64,000 nt of DNA. It comes from Octopus vulgaris (lineage: Eukaryota). Below are positions 25,751 through 37,871 of the stretch, one piece after another. The stretch spans positions 117,304,001 to 117,368,000 of the forward strand of contig OX597819.1 of NCBI GenBank assembly GCA_951406725.2, in the 5' to 3' direction. A program made the position numbers and the translations under genes. The first letter of the stretch is position 1, and each line of letters begins with the position of its first letter. The notes below the pieces were generated by a model that was not told where the DNA came from, searched no databases, and saw only the letters and a list, made by a program, of their open reading frames with translations.

Positions 25751-25833
25751 TTTTCGACATATGTTTCGAAGGCTGCATATTCCTAATTTCGAAGGAATAA
25801 GGGGTGCATTATGCCGCCTTCTCATCAGGAAAA
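25751..25833 (-). ncRNA. Type I hammerhead ribozyme, intact core (mirror of 26845-26927)
   Basis: Reverse complement of the right-arm motif. Confidence 0.85.
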
Positions 25834-26844
25834 GTAAGGAACTTATGTTAGCATCAAGATGCACAAAAACTTTTAGATGACTGCCCACACGGAGCCCATA
25901 GCGATAATGACTGTTTCTTGAAAATATTCCGTCATAAGCAGTGACGTCAAAAATGGTTGAATGTAGAAGATTCGAGAAGGTTGAAGGGTTCAAACAAGGT
26001 TGGAGGATAGAGACCTAAGAATAGAAAGGTAAACGGGTGCAGGTCAAATGAATGGTGATTTTGTTGTTTTCTTTTGTGAATGAGTGCCTATGTGTGTGTA
26101 TTTGTGTGCCTGATTGTGTGTGTGGATGGGTAGATGCTAAAAACAGACAGTGGTGAAGTGACAGGTTTGTGTCTGTGTGTTTGATTGTGCTTACGATAGA
26201 GAGAGGGAAAGAGAGAGAGAGGAGGGCGAGTAAGAGAGATAAAGGTAAAACACACCTCAAAGGGTTGGGTAGTAGTCCTTTAAGAGTATAAAAATTGACT
26301 ATGGGGGTGAAATATAAATGGGACTATATTATTAAAATTCAAGGATGTTATCTATATTAATCATTATTCATATGAGTGAAAGGTGTGTTTTTGCCAGTGC
26401 ATGCATCTATAGGATTTCTCGACCATTGTCTCTCTCTTTCCCTCCCTCTATCGTAAGCACAATCAAACACACAGACACAAACTTGTCACTTCACCACTGT
26501 CTGTGTTTAGCATCTACCCATCCACACACACAATCACGCACACACATACACACACATGGCCATTAATGCAGTTATATACATACACACACATAGGCACTCA
26601 TTCACAAAAGAAAACAAGATCACCATTCAGTTGACCTGCACCCTTTTACCTTCCTATTCTTAGGTCTCTATCCTCCAACCTTGTTTGAACCCTTCAACCT
26701 TCTAGAATCTTCTACATTCAAACATTTTTGACGTCACTGCTTATAACGGAATATTTTAAAGAAACAGTCATTATCGCTATGGGCTCCGTGTGGGCAGTCA
26801 TCTAAAAATGTTTGTGCATCTTGATGCTAACATAAGTTCCTTAC

Positions 26845-26927
26845 TTTTCCTGATGAGAAGGCGGCATAATGCACCCCTTATTCCTTCGAAATTAGGAATA
26901 TGCAGCCTTCGAAACATATGTCGAAAA
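26845..26927 (+). ncRNA. Type I hammerhead ribozyme, intact core
   Basis: UUUUC-CUGAUGA-GAAGGCGGCAUA...UAUGCAGCCUUC-GAAA-CAUAUG-UC/GAAAA; palindromic stem III, GUC site after 26922. Confidence 0.87.
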
Positions 26928-27130
26928 TAAAATAAAGGAATTTTGTTAATTCGTCGTTCAATTCCCTTTTTTCATTTATTTGTATTTGACAAAACACACA
27001 AATTTCCACACGATAGCACATGATCTCTGCCCTAGGCATGTAGCTTCAACCGTGTTTTTCTGATGTGAATTTGCTACCCAGGTATCGGTTAACCGAAATA
27101 TCCATAAGATAATTCATTCAACTCCTCAAT

Positions 27131-27186
<56 letters not shown>

Positions 27187-27214
27187 ATGTATGTATGTAT
27201 ATGTATATAAAGAG

Positions 27215-28845
27215 TTATAGCGATATGATATGGATGTTGTAGCGTTAGCCGAAACAAGAATTCATGGAAAGAGGAATTTCGTTGAGAAATCTGCTGGGTA
27301 TCATTTATTTTGGAGCAGTAGGGAGGAGACCTATAAGAGAGAATCAGGAGTGGGGTTTGCCTTCGAAACCCCTCGGGCTTCAAAACTTGAGAAACTACCA
27401 TATAGTCATTCTGATCGTTTGATGTCTTTAAGACTTATATTAAGAAAACGTCGCTATGCAACACTAATAATTGCTTATGCTCCAACTATGATCTCATCAG
27501 AGGATGATAAACTTGCCTTCTATCTATCACTTACAGAGATAATACGCAGTATCCCACTTGATGACAAATTGTGATTTTAGGAGATTTTAATGCTCGCTGG
27601 TGCAGATTTAGAGACTTGGGGTGTCCTAGAAAAGCATGGGGTTTGGAGTCCAATCAGTAATGGTTTCCTACTGTTATAAATGTGCGTAGAGATGGACTTG
27701 TGTGTCATGAATACAATGTTTCAACTAAAGATTAAGAAAAAAACGACATGGATGCACCCTCGTTCAAAGAAATGGTATCTTATAGATTCATCCTCAGCTG
27801 GAAGTGAGTTGCTAGGGAATTTGCTATTGTACAAGTAATGCGTGGTGCAGAGTGCTGGACTGACCATACGCTTTTGCGTGCCAAGGCGTATTTTTTTGTC
27901 AAGCCTATGGTTAGAGCAAATAATGACAAGCTAGCCAAACGGATTTATGTCAATAAACTTTAGATTCTGTCAGTATGCAGTGAGTCTGTGAGTGAGATAA
28001 ATGTGTACTTTGATTGATGCTGGAAGTCATTCAAAGAAAGTGTATATGAAGTTTGTAGCAACGTTCTTGGCTTTGTAAAAAAAACACCATGTTTAGTCTG
28101 ACGATAATGATGAAGTTAGCCTTATCTTAGAGGGCAAGCGAAGGGCATTAACATGTTGCAAACGTTTGACATGTCAGCGAAAAGGAAAGGGGCTTCATAT
28201 TTCAGGACAGAGGAAGCTGCGGGTAATGCAGGAAAATTTGTGGAGTGATAGATGCGATGCAATCCAAGAAGCTTCAAATGCTAACAATTCTAATTTTTTT
28301 ACTCTCTCTTGAAAGAAGTTTGTGAACCAGTTTCATGAAAGGCTGCTTCGCTTCGGAGGAATGATGGCACAGAATTATTAACAGGTCTTAAAAATATTTT
28401 TGAGAGATGGAAAGAACATTTTGATGAGTTGCTCGATAGACCCACTGAAGTTGACCTCTCTTTTCTTGACAATATACCTACGAGACCAATAAAACATCTT
28501 ATAGCAGAAGTTCCAAACCTGGCTGAAATAAAATCAGCAATCAGTTAATTGAAAAATTGAGAGACACCTGATATGGATGGACTAGGTGCAAAGATATATA
28601 AATATGGTGGTGATAATTTCTGTACAATGTTGGCGGATGTGTTTAGCAAAGTGAAGAGGTTCCTCCGGATTAGCGTGATGCAACTATGGAGATACTATAA
28701 AAATCTAAAGGTGGAAAGGATGTCTGTGGTAATTATCGCGGCATCTATCTTTTAGCTGTTGCTGGAAAATTCGTCTGAAGTGTAATGCTGGACAGACTGC
28801 ATTGTACATTGCTGATGGTGTTCTACCAGAATCGCAATGTGGGAA
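27215..28845 (+). mobile_element. RTE-clade LINE fragment (APE endonuclease to start of RT), degenerate
   Basis: DVVALAETR, GVGFA, SDRLMSLRL, ATLIIAYAPT, ILGDFNA, TTWMHPRSK, CWTDH, RWKEHF and VLPESQCG motifs in order, with stops and frameshifts. Confidence 0.92.
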
Positions 28846-29009
28846 TAAAGAAAGAAATATTATCATTCAAGTCGAGAAGTTGCGTTTGACCCTCCGGCTT
28901 ATAACTAATGAGGAATTGGTTGGCATCTGTGTGTGTTTTCGGTTTATTATGCATTTATTATGTTTTCACCTGGTATATAGAGATATAATACATACATACA
29001 TACATACAT

Positions 29010-29178
<169 letters not shown>

Positions 29179-29423
29179 CTAAACAAAAAATGGAACAAAA
29201 TGTAACAGGCGACTACAAAAGATTCAGACAGCAGATGATACAAAAAGGGCAGGAAAAACAAGGACGCGACATTCAGAGCTTTCAATGTCTTCAGTCGAGA
29301 AGCAGATCGTCTTTGCAGTTCCGGTCGGTTAATCTCGAGGCTGCTCTATTCTGGCAGAAATCTAAGCTAAGAGCACTAGATTCTTTGGAAGAAAGCAAGC
29401 GAATATATACGAAAACAAAGATA

Positions 29424-30714
29424 CGAGGGGCGTTCAATAAGTAATGTCTCTGGCTCACTTCCCATAGCAGTAGAGCAACAAAACTTGGCACAGTTATTAG
29501 TCTTTTTCCACATAGGAACCACCCAGAGTTACGCATTTCTCCCATCGTTTGATGCAGCTCTGAAGACCATTTTTGTAGAAGACCCCATCTTGGTCCTCCA
29601 ACCACGACGTGACTTCAGAAATCAAGGCTGCATCATCTTGGAAACGCTTTCCTTTCAAAAACAACTTCATGGCAGGGAAGAGGTGAAAATCAGAGGGTGC
29701 GAAGTCAGGAGAGTAGGGGGAATGGTGGATGAGTTCATAGCCGCACGCCTGTGCTTCTGATCTGGCGACACACGAGTTGTGGATCGGAGCGTTGTCCTGC
29801 AGGAAGAGGATGCCTTTGCTGATCTTTTCCGCCTCTTGATTTTGATAGCTTCTCTTAATTTCCTCAAAAGTGAAGCATAATAGACTCCTGTAATTGTGAC
29901 ACCCTTTGCCAGGAAATCTGTCATCACTACTCCGTCCTGGTCCCAGAAGACTGTGAGCCTGACCTTGTCAGCGGAGGGCTGCACCCTTGCCTTCTTTGGA
30001 GGAGGTGAGTCACGGTGCTTCCACTGCATTGACTGGGCTTTGGACTCTGGATCATAGTGATAGACCCAGGTTTCATCCTGTGTAATCAGTCTTTTGAAAA
30101 ATGTTGACTCATCTTCTTGGCACATCTCCAAATTCATCCTCGAGCAATCGACGCGTTCTTGCTTCTGGAAAGGTGTGAGCAACCTGGGAATCCATCTGGC
30201 AGACACCTTTTTCATATGCAAATGGTCATGAATGATAGTTTCCACTGACCCGGTACTAATCGTGACCTTATGGGCTATTTGGCGAATACTTATGCGTCGA
30301 TCTTCCAAAATGGCAGCCTCAACTTGACGGACAGATGCCTCATCAATGGCAGAAGGGGGCGACCAGATCTGGGAGCTGTTTCCACAGAGTTCCGACCATG
30401 TTTGAATTCACGATGCCAGCGTTTTACAAGGTCATATGATGGGGCATCATCACCATACGTTACTTTCATTTCATCAAAAGTCTCCTGTGGTGTGCGTCAT
30501 TTCAAATACAAAAACCGAATCACTGCTCGACACTCAACAGGCTCCATTTCACACTTGACTCAGTTCAAACACCTGTAAATCAGAAACCACAATTATTTCA
30601 GAGCTGTAATTTGCCACTTAATCTATAGAGATGTACATAATTGCACATGCAAAATTGCAGCTAGATCAAACAACTGAAAGTGGGTTAGGGGCATTACTTA
30701 TTGAACGCCCCTCG
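29424..30714 (-). mobile_element. Full-length mariner (DD34D, irritans/Hsmar2-like TIR), TA TSD
   Basis: TIRs cgaggggcgttcaataagtaatg / cattacttattgaacgcccctcg flanked by TA; 1291 bp. Confidence 0.96.
29497..30547 (-). pseudogene. Mariner transposase, frameshifted
   Basis: ARWIPRLL, ITQDETWVYHY, LQDNA and YSPDFAPSDFHLF motifs spread over different frames. Confidence 0.93.
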
Positions 30715-30799
30715 TAATTTTTTTTAAAAAAACCGAGAAATAGTACACGATTACAACTATAAAGCACAAGACATTAACAACAGGTGTCTTTCGACTAGG

Positions 30800-31640
30800 G
30801 ACGAATTAAATTAAGCTGGTGTGTGCGGAATTGAAAGTCTTACGGCAAGAACATAGGCGATTGAGGTCATGGGAAGTAATACGAGTAATGCTGCATAGAT
30901 AGGGCACAAAATCTGCCATGCTTATATGCTGAAAATAGACACCAAATAGTCCAACTATTGCAGATATTCACTCCACGTATACAGAGGTTAAATGCGAGAA
31001 AGCAGACTGATTAAGAATTCATAAAATAATTAAGAAAGTTTTGGATTGCTCAGTTTCTGGCTTTGTCTGATAACTTTTCTTTCATCTGCAATCCATACCG
31101 AGCAAAGTAAATGAAAAAATATATATAGATCCATACCCATAGAAAAGCGCACGCAAAATACATACGAGTAAATAGAAATATTCACGAATATATACACATC
31201 TGTACTATTCTGACCAAATGCACACGATGTCAGGTGGTCTACGAAATTTGATGCGTATATACTTGTGAATATTTGAATGTATTCGCATTTTGCGATGCTT
31301 TTCTATGGGTATGTATAAATAGTTTCCTTAATTTCGCTCAGTAAGATTTGCTGATGAAGGAAGAAATATCGCACTAATCTAGAAATTGATCGATCCGAAG
31401 CCATCTGAATTAGTTTATAAATTTTTATTCCGGTACCTTTCCCGCTTTCAACCTATGTATATATGTGGAGTGAATATCAACAGTGGCTAGACGTATTTGA
31501 CATCTATTTTCAGCGTCTATGCATGGTTGTTTCTGTGTCCTTAAGTATAACTGTATCCTGTAAATTATATGTTTGTATATGTACTTTGCCTAAAAGTTTT
31601 GTTTTTATATTCTGGCCACAGATTCATTAATTTAAATTAT
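30800..31640. repeat. Old, diverged fold-back (~400-bp arms) with a decayed HHR-like core at 31351
   Basis: catacccatagaaaagc / gcttttctatgggtatg and gatattcactccac / gtggagtgaatatc pair; ctgatgaagga...tccgaag in the right arm. Confidence 0.75.
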
Positions 31641-32134
31641 TTTATCCTTTAATTATGTTTATATGTAAATATATATGTGCGTGTGTGTATGTATGTATAT
31701 ATGTATGCGTGTCTGTGGATATGTTCATGCACATACATAAGTGTGTGTGTGTGTGTGTGTGTATGTGTGTGTGTGTGTATGTTCGTTTGTGTACCCGCTG
31801 GTATAGAGGTTTGAGTTTTCCTCTACTGAATATTAATTTCAGAGGTGTTGTTGATAACCTTCACGTTACAATTTTGACGCAATTACCACACGATATTTGA
31901 GTATTCTTCTGTAACAATATAATTTAATCATAAGCTTGTAAATTGGTAGTTATATGTTGCATTAATGTGTACGCAAATTGGTGAGTATCAGGAAAGTTTG
32001 ATAAGGTGTTTTAGATACAAATTACCGATAAAAAATCAGTTTCTTCAAATTTTGTTTTGCTTGCGTAAACATTCTACTTCCGCAATTTATATTGACGGTG
32101 CATTGTTTCACAACACATATATCTTACATATATA

Positions 32135-32296
32135 GGCGTAGCATGGCTGTGTGTTAAGACACTAGCTTCCCAACAACATGGTTCTGGGTACGGTCCCATT
32201 GCGTGCAACCTTGGACAACTGTCTTCTATTATAGCCTCGGGCCGACCAAATCCTTGTGTGTCGATTTGGTAGACGGAAACAGAAAGGATCTCATCG

Positions 32297-32349
<53 letters not shown>

Positions 32350-32395
32350 GTGTGTATATTTGTGCGTGTCTGTCTTTGTCCCCTCCCCCCATCAT
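32135..32395 (+). mobile_element. SINE family A, 3'-truncated at the mariner junction
   Basis: ggcgtagcatggctgtgtgttaag...ccttggacaactgtcttctattatagcctcgggccgaccaaa. Confidence 0.85.
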
Positions 32396-32396
32396 C

Positions 32397-33479
32397 GTAT
32401 TTGAAAGGACGCACACCACAGGAGACTTTTGATGAAATGAAAGTAACTTATGGTAACGATGCCCCATCATATGACCTTGTAAAACGCTGGCATTGTGAAT
32501 TCAAACATGGTCGGAACTCTGTGGAATCAGCTCCCAGATCTGGTCGCCCCTTCTGCCATTGATGAGGCATCTGTCCGTCAAGTTGAGGCTGCCATTTTGG
32601 AAGATCGACGCATAAGTATTCGCCAAATAGCCTATGAGGTCAAGATTAGTGCCGGGTCTGTGGAAACTATCATTCATGACCATTTGCATATGAAAAAGGT
32701 GTCTGCCAGATGGATTCCCAAGTTGCTCACACCTTTCCAGAAGCAAGAACGCGTTGAGTGCTCGAGGTGAATTTGGAGATGTGCCAAGAAGATGAGTCAA
32801 CATTTTTCAAAAGACTGATTACCCAGGATGAAACCTGGGTCCATCACTATGATCTAGAGACCAAAGCCCAGTCAATGCAGTGGAAGCACCGTGACTCACC
32901 TCCTCCAAAGAAGGCAAGGGTGCAGCCCTCCGCTGGTAAGGTCATGCTCACAGTCTTCTGGGACCAGGACGGTATAGTGATGACAGGTTTCCTGGCAAAG
33001 GGTTCCACAATTACAGGAGCCTATTATGCTTCACTTTTGAGGAAATTAAGAGAAGCTATCAAAATCAAGAGGCGGGGCAAGATCAGCAAAGGCATCCTCC
33101 TCCTGCAGGACAACGCTCCGGTCCACAAATCACGCGTTGCCAGATCAGAAGCACAGGCGTGCGGCTATGAACTCCTCCCCCATCCCCAACTCTCCTGACT
33201 TCGCACTCTCTGATTTTCACCTCTTCCCAGCCATGAGGTTGTTTTTGAAAGGAAAGCGTTTCCCAGATGATACAGCCTTGATTTCTGAAGTCACGTCGTG
33301 GTTGGAGGACCAGGCTGGGGTCCTCTACAAAAACGGTCTCCAGAGCTGCATCAAACGATGGGAGAAATGCGTAACTCTGGGTGGTTCCTATGTAGAAAAA
33401 GACTAATAACTGTGCCAAGTTTTGTTGCTCTACTGCTATGAGAAGTGGGTCAGGGGCATTACTTATTGAACGCCCCTCG
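32397..33479 (+). mobile_element. Mariner copy, 5'-truncated, same family as 29424-30714
   Basis: Transposase ORFs 32495, 32758, 33137; 3' TIR cattacttattgaacgcccctcg|TA; no 5' TIR. Confidence 0.95.
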
Positions 33480-34105
33480 TATGTGTATGCATAACTGGTT
33501 ATGAATGGACCGGGTGCGAATATTGCTGTCAGATTCGCGCTGACAACTGAACATAGCAATACTGAGAAAGCATGAATCTACATATACACAGCATGGGTGC
33601 ATGGTGAAGATCTTAATTTCAAAAACCATACTTCTGCATCAGAATGAATTTTGAGTAATTGAGGGAGCAATAACTTGAATATGTCAGAATTTGATTGCAA
33701 GACAAATACTCGCCTACTGCCTATATGGCATCGTTACCAGTTTGACGGACAAAAATTTCACGTACTTGATGCCAACAGCTTGCAGATTCTGTTTTAATGC
33801 TTATCATGAAATCGGCCAAATATGCACTTATACAAGTTTTGAACATAAGCTCTTCATATAAGTACTAAATGGCTCGGTATTAGGAAAAAGGACCAGAATT
33901 TGACCTAGTTCAAACTTTCGACATATACCGGGAAGTAAAGGAGAGTTACATCTGCGGACAAATATTTGTGTGTGTGGTGGTGTGTGCGGTGTGTGTACGC
34001 GTATACGTGCGTGCGCGCATGTGTGTATACATACATATATAAAATATACATATGTATATATATATGTAATATGAATATATATATATATATGGGTTTCTGT
34101 GTGTT

Positions 34106-34153
<48 letters not shown>

Positions 34154-34227
34154 CAAAATGTGACCGCGTGTGTACCGTTGGCAATTTTTTTCCTCCGTTT
34201 TCCCTTGTTTGGATCTTTCCTTTTCCA

Positions 34228-34266
34228 ACGTTTCTGACGAAGAGCTCCGCTCGAAACGTTGAACCC
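34228..34266 (+). ncRNA. Minimal type I hammerhead motif
   Basis: GUUU-CUGACGA-A-GAGC-UCC-GCUC-GAAA-CG-UU/GAAC; self-complementary AACGUU stem III; stem I only ~4 bp. Confidence 0.65.
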
Positions 34267-34356
34267 TCTTTCTTTCCTTTTTTCCTGAGCGTCCAATAAT
34301 ACTATACTTGTTCCACGTCCTCGCGTTGTTCTCTTTGTGTTTTCATGTTTGGATTA

Positions 34357-34401
<45 letters not shown>

Positions 34402-34421
34402 TACAAAGATATACACATATA

Positions 34422-35293
34422 TTGAGTCATCACACAAATAGTGTGGGTTTTTTAATTGCCTAAATTAAAAGTCTGATGGGGACGTGTTATACTACTTGCA
34501 TCAACGTGCTATATAATCAACCAGTTATTTTATGTAGTACTTATTCTCAGTGCAAATTGTGAAGAGTGCAGTTCGATTGTAACAGTTATTCTTTCATAGT
34601 TATAATTGAAGTGACAAAGGAGCATATTCGGCATCTTTTGTTTTGTTAGTTCAATAAACAGCACAAATGGAAGTGCAAGGAATAATAACGCAGTATATGG
34701 GGATCGGTAAGTAAGCGTAAACCACTGTCGACGGCGGTTCCTGAAACTCTGAGCCGGAAACTACAACCTAGAAGACGCAACTCGTCCTGGAAGATCAGTA
34801 GAGCTCGGCGAGGACGTTCTGCAAACTTTGGTGGAACAAAATCCCATCGTAACTGTTGAAGAATTAGCAGAGAAGCTTGGATTTGGTAATTCAAGTCAGC
34901 ACTGGAAGGAAAATGACCATCTTTGATTTCAATTCGAAAGGTGTTCTTCCATCCAGATAATACTGGGCCATACACAGCGAGGATGATATTTCAAAGACTG
35001 AAGCAGTTTGAATGGTAAACGATGCCTCACCCTCCATATGTCGCGGGACATTATCCCATTTGATTATCATTTATTCCACAGTCTTCAAAATCCTTTTCAT
35101 GGAAAAAATATGAATTCTATAGAAGTCAGAACAGTACTGGAGGTATATTTTTCGTCATGAACAAGCGAATTTTGGAAGAGGGGCCTTACAAGTCTACCGG
35201 ATAGATGGAACAGCAATGTACACAATAACTTTGATTATCTTTTGATAAATAAAAGAAGTATAAAAAAGCCGCAATATTTGTGGTGAGACTCAA
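34422..35293 (+). mobile_element. Internally deleted mariner relic (second family)
   Basis: TA|ttgagtcatcacacaaata ... tatttgtggtgagactcaa|TA; HPDN and PHPPY...DYHLF remnants. Confidence 0.85.
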
Positions 35294-35719
35294 TATACAT
35301 ATAAATGATATTACAAGTTATGCTCTTACAATACAATAGTCTTTGATAAATATAGAACAACCAAAGGAAGAAAGAAAATGTTATTTGGCTTCTTGCCCAC
35401 AGTTGTGTTGATTTAAGTATACGGAATTCACTCGGCATCTCAACGAATATATATTAGTCATATTAAATGGACTGTTCAACCAGAAATTTAAGAAAAATTT
35501 ACGCCTCCAGTTTATTGAATATTTAATGTGTGGTATTACATAAGAATTATCATAATATGTAATTTACATTTCAACAGAAATACAAACGGTCAACATTTAT
35601 CCCATGCTAATGCGTCTCTGCAATATCACCAGAAGCATTTATGATGTGTTTGCTTGCTTGGTGTTTCGATCTGAGTGATTATAGTAATACGCCATTATAT
35701 TTATACACACACAACACAT

Positions 35720-35893
35720 TTCTATATTTAAGAGATGAGGAATTATGTACATTATTTACATTATTTACATTCGAGGGATATTTGTCCTCATCTTGTTTGT
35801 TGTTAACTCAACGTTTCAGCTGATATACCCTCCAGCCTTCTTCAGGTGTCTTGGAGAAATTTCGAATTTGGGTTCTCGTTCATAAGGTATACT

Positions 35894-35928
<35 letters not shown>

Positions 35929-35953
35929 CTTCTTCTTCTTCTTCTTCTTCTTC

Positions 35954-36021
<68 letters not shown>

Positions 36022-36099
36022 GTTCAGGTCACTGCTTGGAATCGCACTCGGAATCTTGGGGTTAGTAGACCGCGCTCTTAACTACTACGCCATATGCCC
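35720..36099 (-). mobile_element. tRNA-headed SINE-like element with (AAT)n linker and HHR-bearing 3' part
   Basis: Minus strand: gggcatatggcgtagtagttaagagc...gagtgcgattcc head, (AAT)n/(AAG)n/(AAC)n, HHR, tail ...catctcttaaatataga; second copy at 55990-56293. Confidence 0.85.
35805..35850 (-). ncRNA. Minimal type I hammerhead motif
   Basis: GACAC-CUGAAGA-A-GGCUG-GAGGGUAUAU-CAGCU-GAAA-CG-UU/GAGUU; one stem I mismatch, which is paired (GUGUU) in the 56-kb copy. Confidence 0.75.
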
Positions 36100-36536
36100 G
36101 TAAATAATGTAAATAATCTACACACAACACGTATTCTTTTTTACTTGATTCAGTCATAAAATTTTTGCCATGTTGGGAAGTGTCTCGAAAAGGGTTAGCC
36201 TAATATGTCGACCCCAGTACTAATTTTTTTAGAGACGGGAACTTACTCTATCCGTTTTTGCCGAACCTCTAATCTATGGTAATGTAAACTTAACGAGATC
36301 GGTTGTTAATCGGTGATGTAGAACAAAACATAAACAAACGCACACACGCAAACACATAGACACACACACACACACACGCACACATACACACACATATATA
36401 CGTATATAATATATTATATATAAATGAAGGCTTCTTTTATATTTCAAATTCTAATGCCACTCAAGACATTTTAATGGGCCGAGATGTGTAGAGGTCACTT
36501 GCCCAGTGTATCACACAGTCGTGTATTTACATACAT

Positions 36537-36773
36537 ACCTATTTCTTTACTACCCACAAGGAGTTAAACAGAGAGAGAGGACAAACAAGGACAGACAAAC
36601 GGATTAAGTCGATTACATCGACCCCAGTGTCGTACTGGTACTTAATTTATCTACCCCGAAAGTATGAAAGCCAAAGTCGACCTCGGCGGAATTTGAACTC
36701 AGAACGTAGCGGCAGACGAAATACGGCTACGAATTTCGCCCGGCTTGCTAACGTTTGTGCCAGCTCGCCGCCT
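36537..36773 (-). mobile_element. SINE family B, full length (tail variant b)
   Basis: Head ggcggcgagctggcac through tail ...gtgggtagtaaagaaataggtat. Confidence 0.9.
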
Positions 36774-37490
36774 TTACATACATACCTACGCACACATGCA
36801 AATGCACATACATATAGTGACACACACGCATATGTATGTGTGTGTGTGCATGTGTGTGTATTGATAATTAGTTAAAATGACAAGAGAATGAGATAGATAC
36901 TGAGAAAATATACCATATTTACTGGTCTATAATTTGCATTAATATTATATTTAAACATATGAATAATTTGGTGCCTGCATTTAATATGTTCCTAAATCAG
37001 AAGGGAGAACGAGTAATGTTCCATATAGGGCTGCCAGAGCCTAATTCCGCTAGCCACAGTAATGGCTGCCAATAATATTAGCGAAAGCATAACAGTCTTT
37101 TAGCGCAAAGGATAAGTTGTTTATGAAGTTGCTTATGTCAACTAGAGAGCTCACGGTGTTTCGTTATATTGCTGTCCACTGCACACATAACTAGCACTTG
37201 GTGTGTGTCTTGCATTACTGAATATCTGATTTACACGCAAGACACCATTTTAATTATATAAATAGAAAAAAATAAACAGTCTCCTAGAAAGCAAAATGGA
37301 ATCCTAAACGTGAATCCGTCTTCTAACTATTTGTAATATGTGGGTGAGAACAAAACTACATTTGGAACGCCAATTTGGTGTACGATTTTGGTAACACAAT
37401 ATATTGCAGCCGGAAATAGCAGTTTAATATTGTGTATGGAATATTCTTCATTAAAATAAAAGCGACTTAACATACATTTATATATATACA

Positions 37491-37648
37491 GGAAAGGAAA
37501 AATTGTAAGGCAGAATGCTAAATTGAAAGTAAATTTTAATAAAAATGGGTGTATTAATTTTTTTTATTCGTTTTAAATTTTTCATACACCCATTTTTATT
37601 GAAATTTACTTTCAATTTAGCATTCTGCTTTATATTTTTTCCTTTCCT
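37491..37648. repeat. Inverted repeat with ~63-bp arms
   Basis: gcagaatgctaaattgaaagtaaattttaataaaaatgggtgta versus tacacccatttttattgaaatttactttcaatttagcattctgc. Confidence 0.9.
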
Positions 37649-37696
37649 ATCATTTCTCCATGTGCGGTTAACACAACCCCACTATTTACTGATTTA

Positions 37697-37776
<80 letters not shown>

Positions 37777-37839
37777 CATACACACACGCACACATATATG
37801 TATATATATATATATATATATACAAACACACACACACAC

Positions 37840-37871
<32 letters not shown>

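Larger units (their letters stand above)
25701..26977. repeat. Long fold-back: arms 25701-26220 and 26428-26977, ~200-bp spacer
   Basis: Arms are reverse complements at high identity (ORFs 26015- and 26345+ share SIVSTIKHTDTNLSLHHCL); right arm has a ~35-40-bp extra segment. Confidence 0.95.

Noticed and set aside
27055-27110. Hammerhead-like ctgatgtga...ccgaaat
   Set aside because: Core altered and no stem II closure.
36024-36099. Functional tRNA genes (also 22640-22711, 56218-56293)
   Set aside because: Poor cloverleaf pairing and continuity with repeat bodies; treated as SINE heads.
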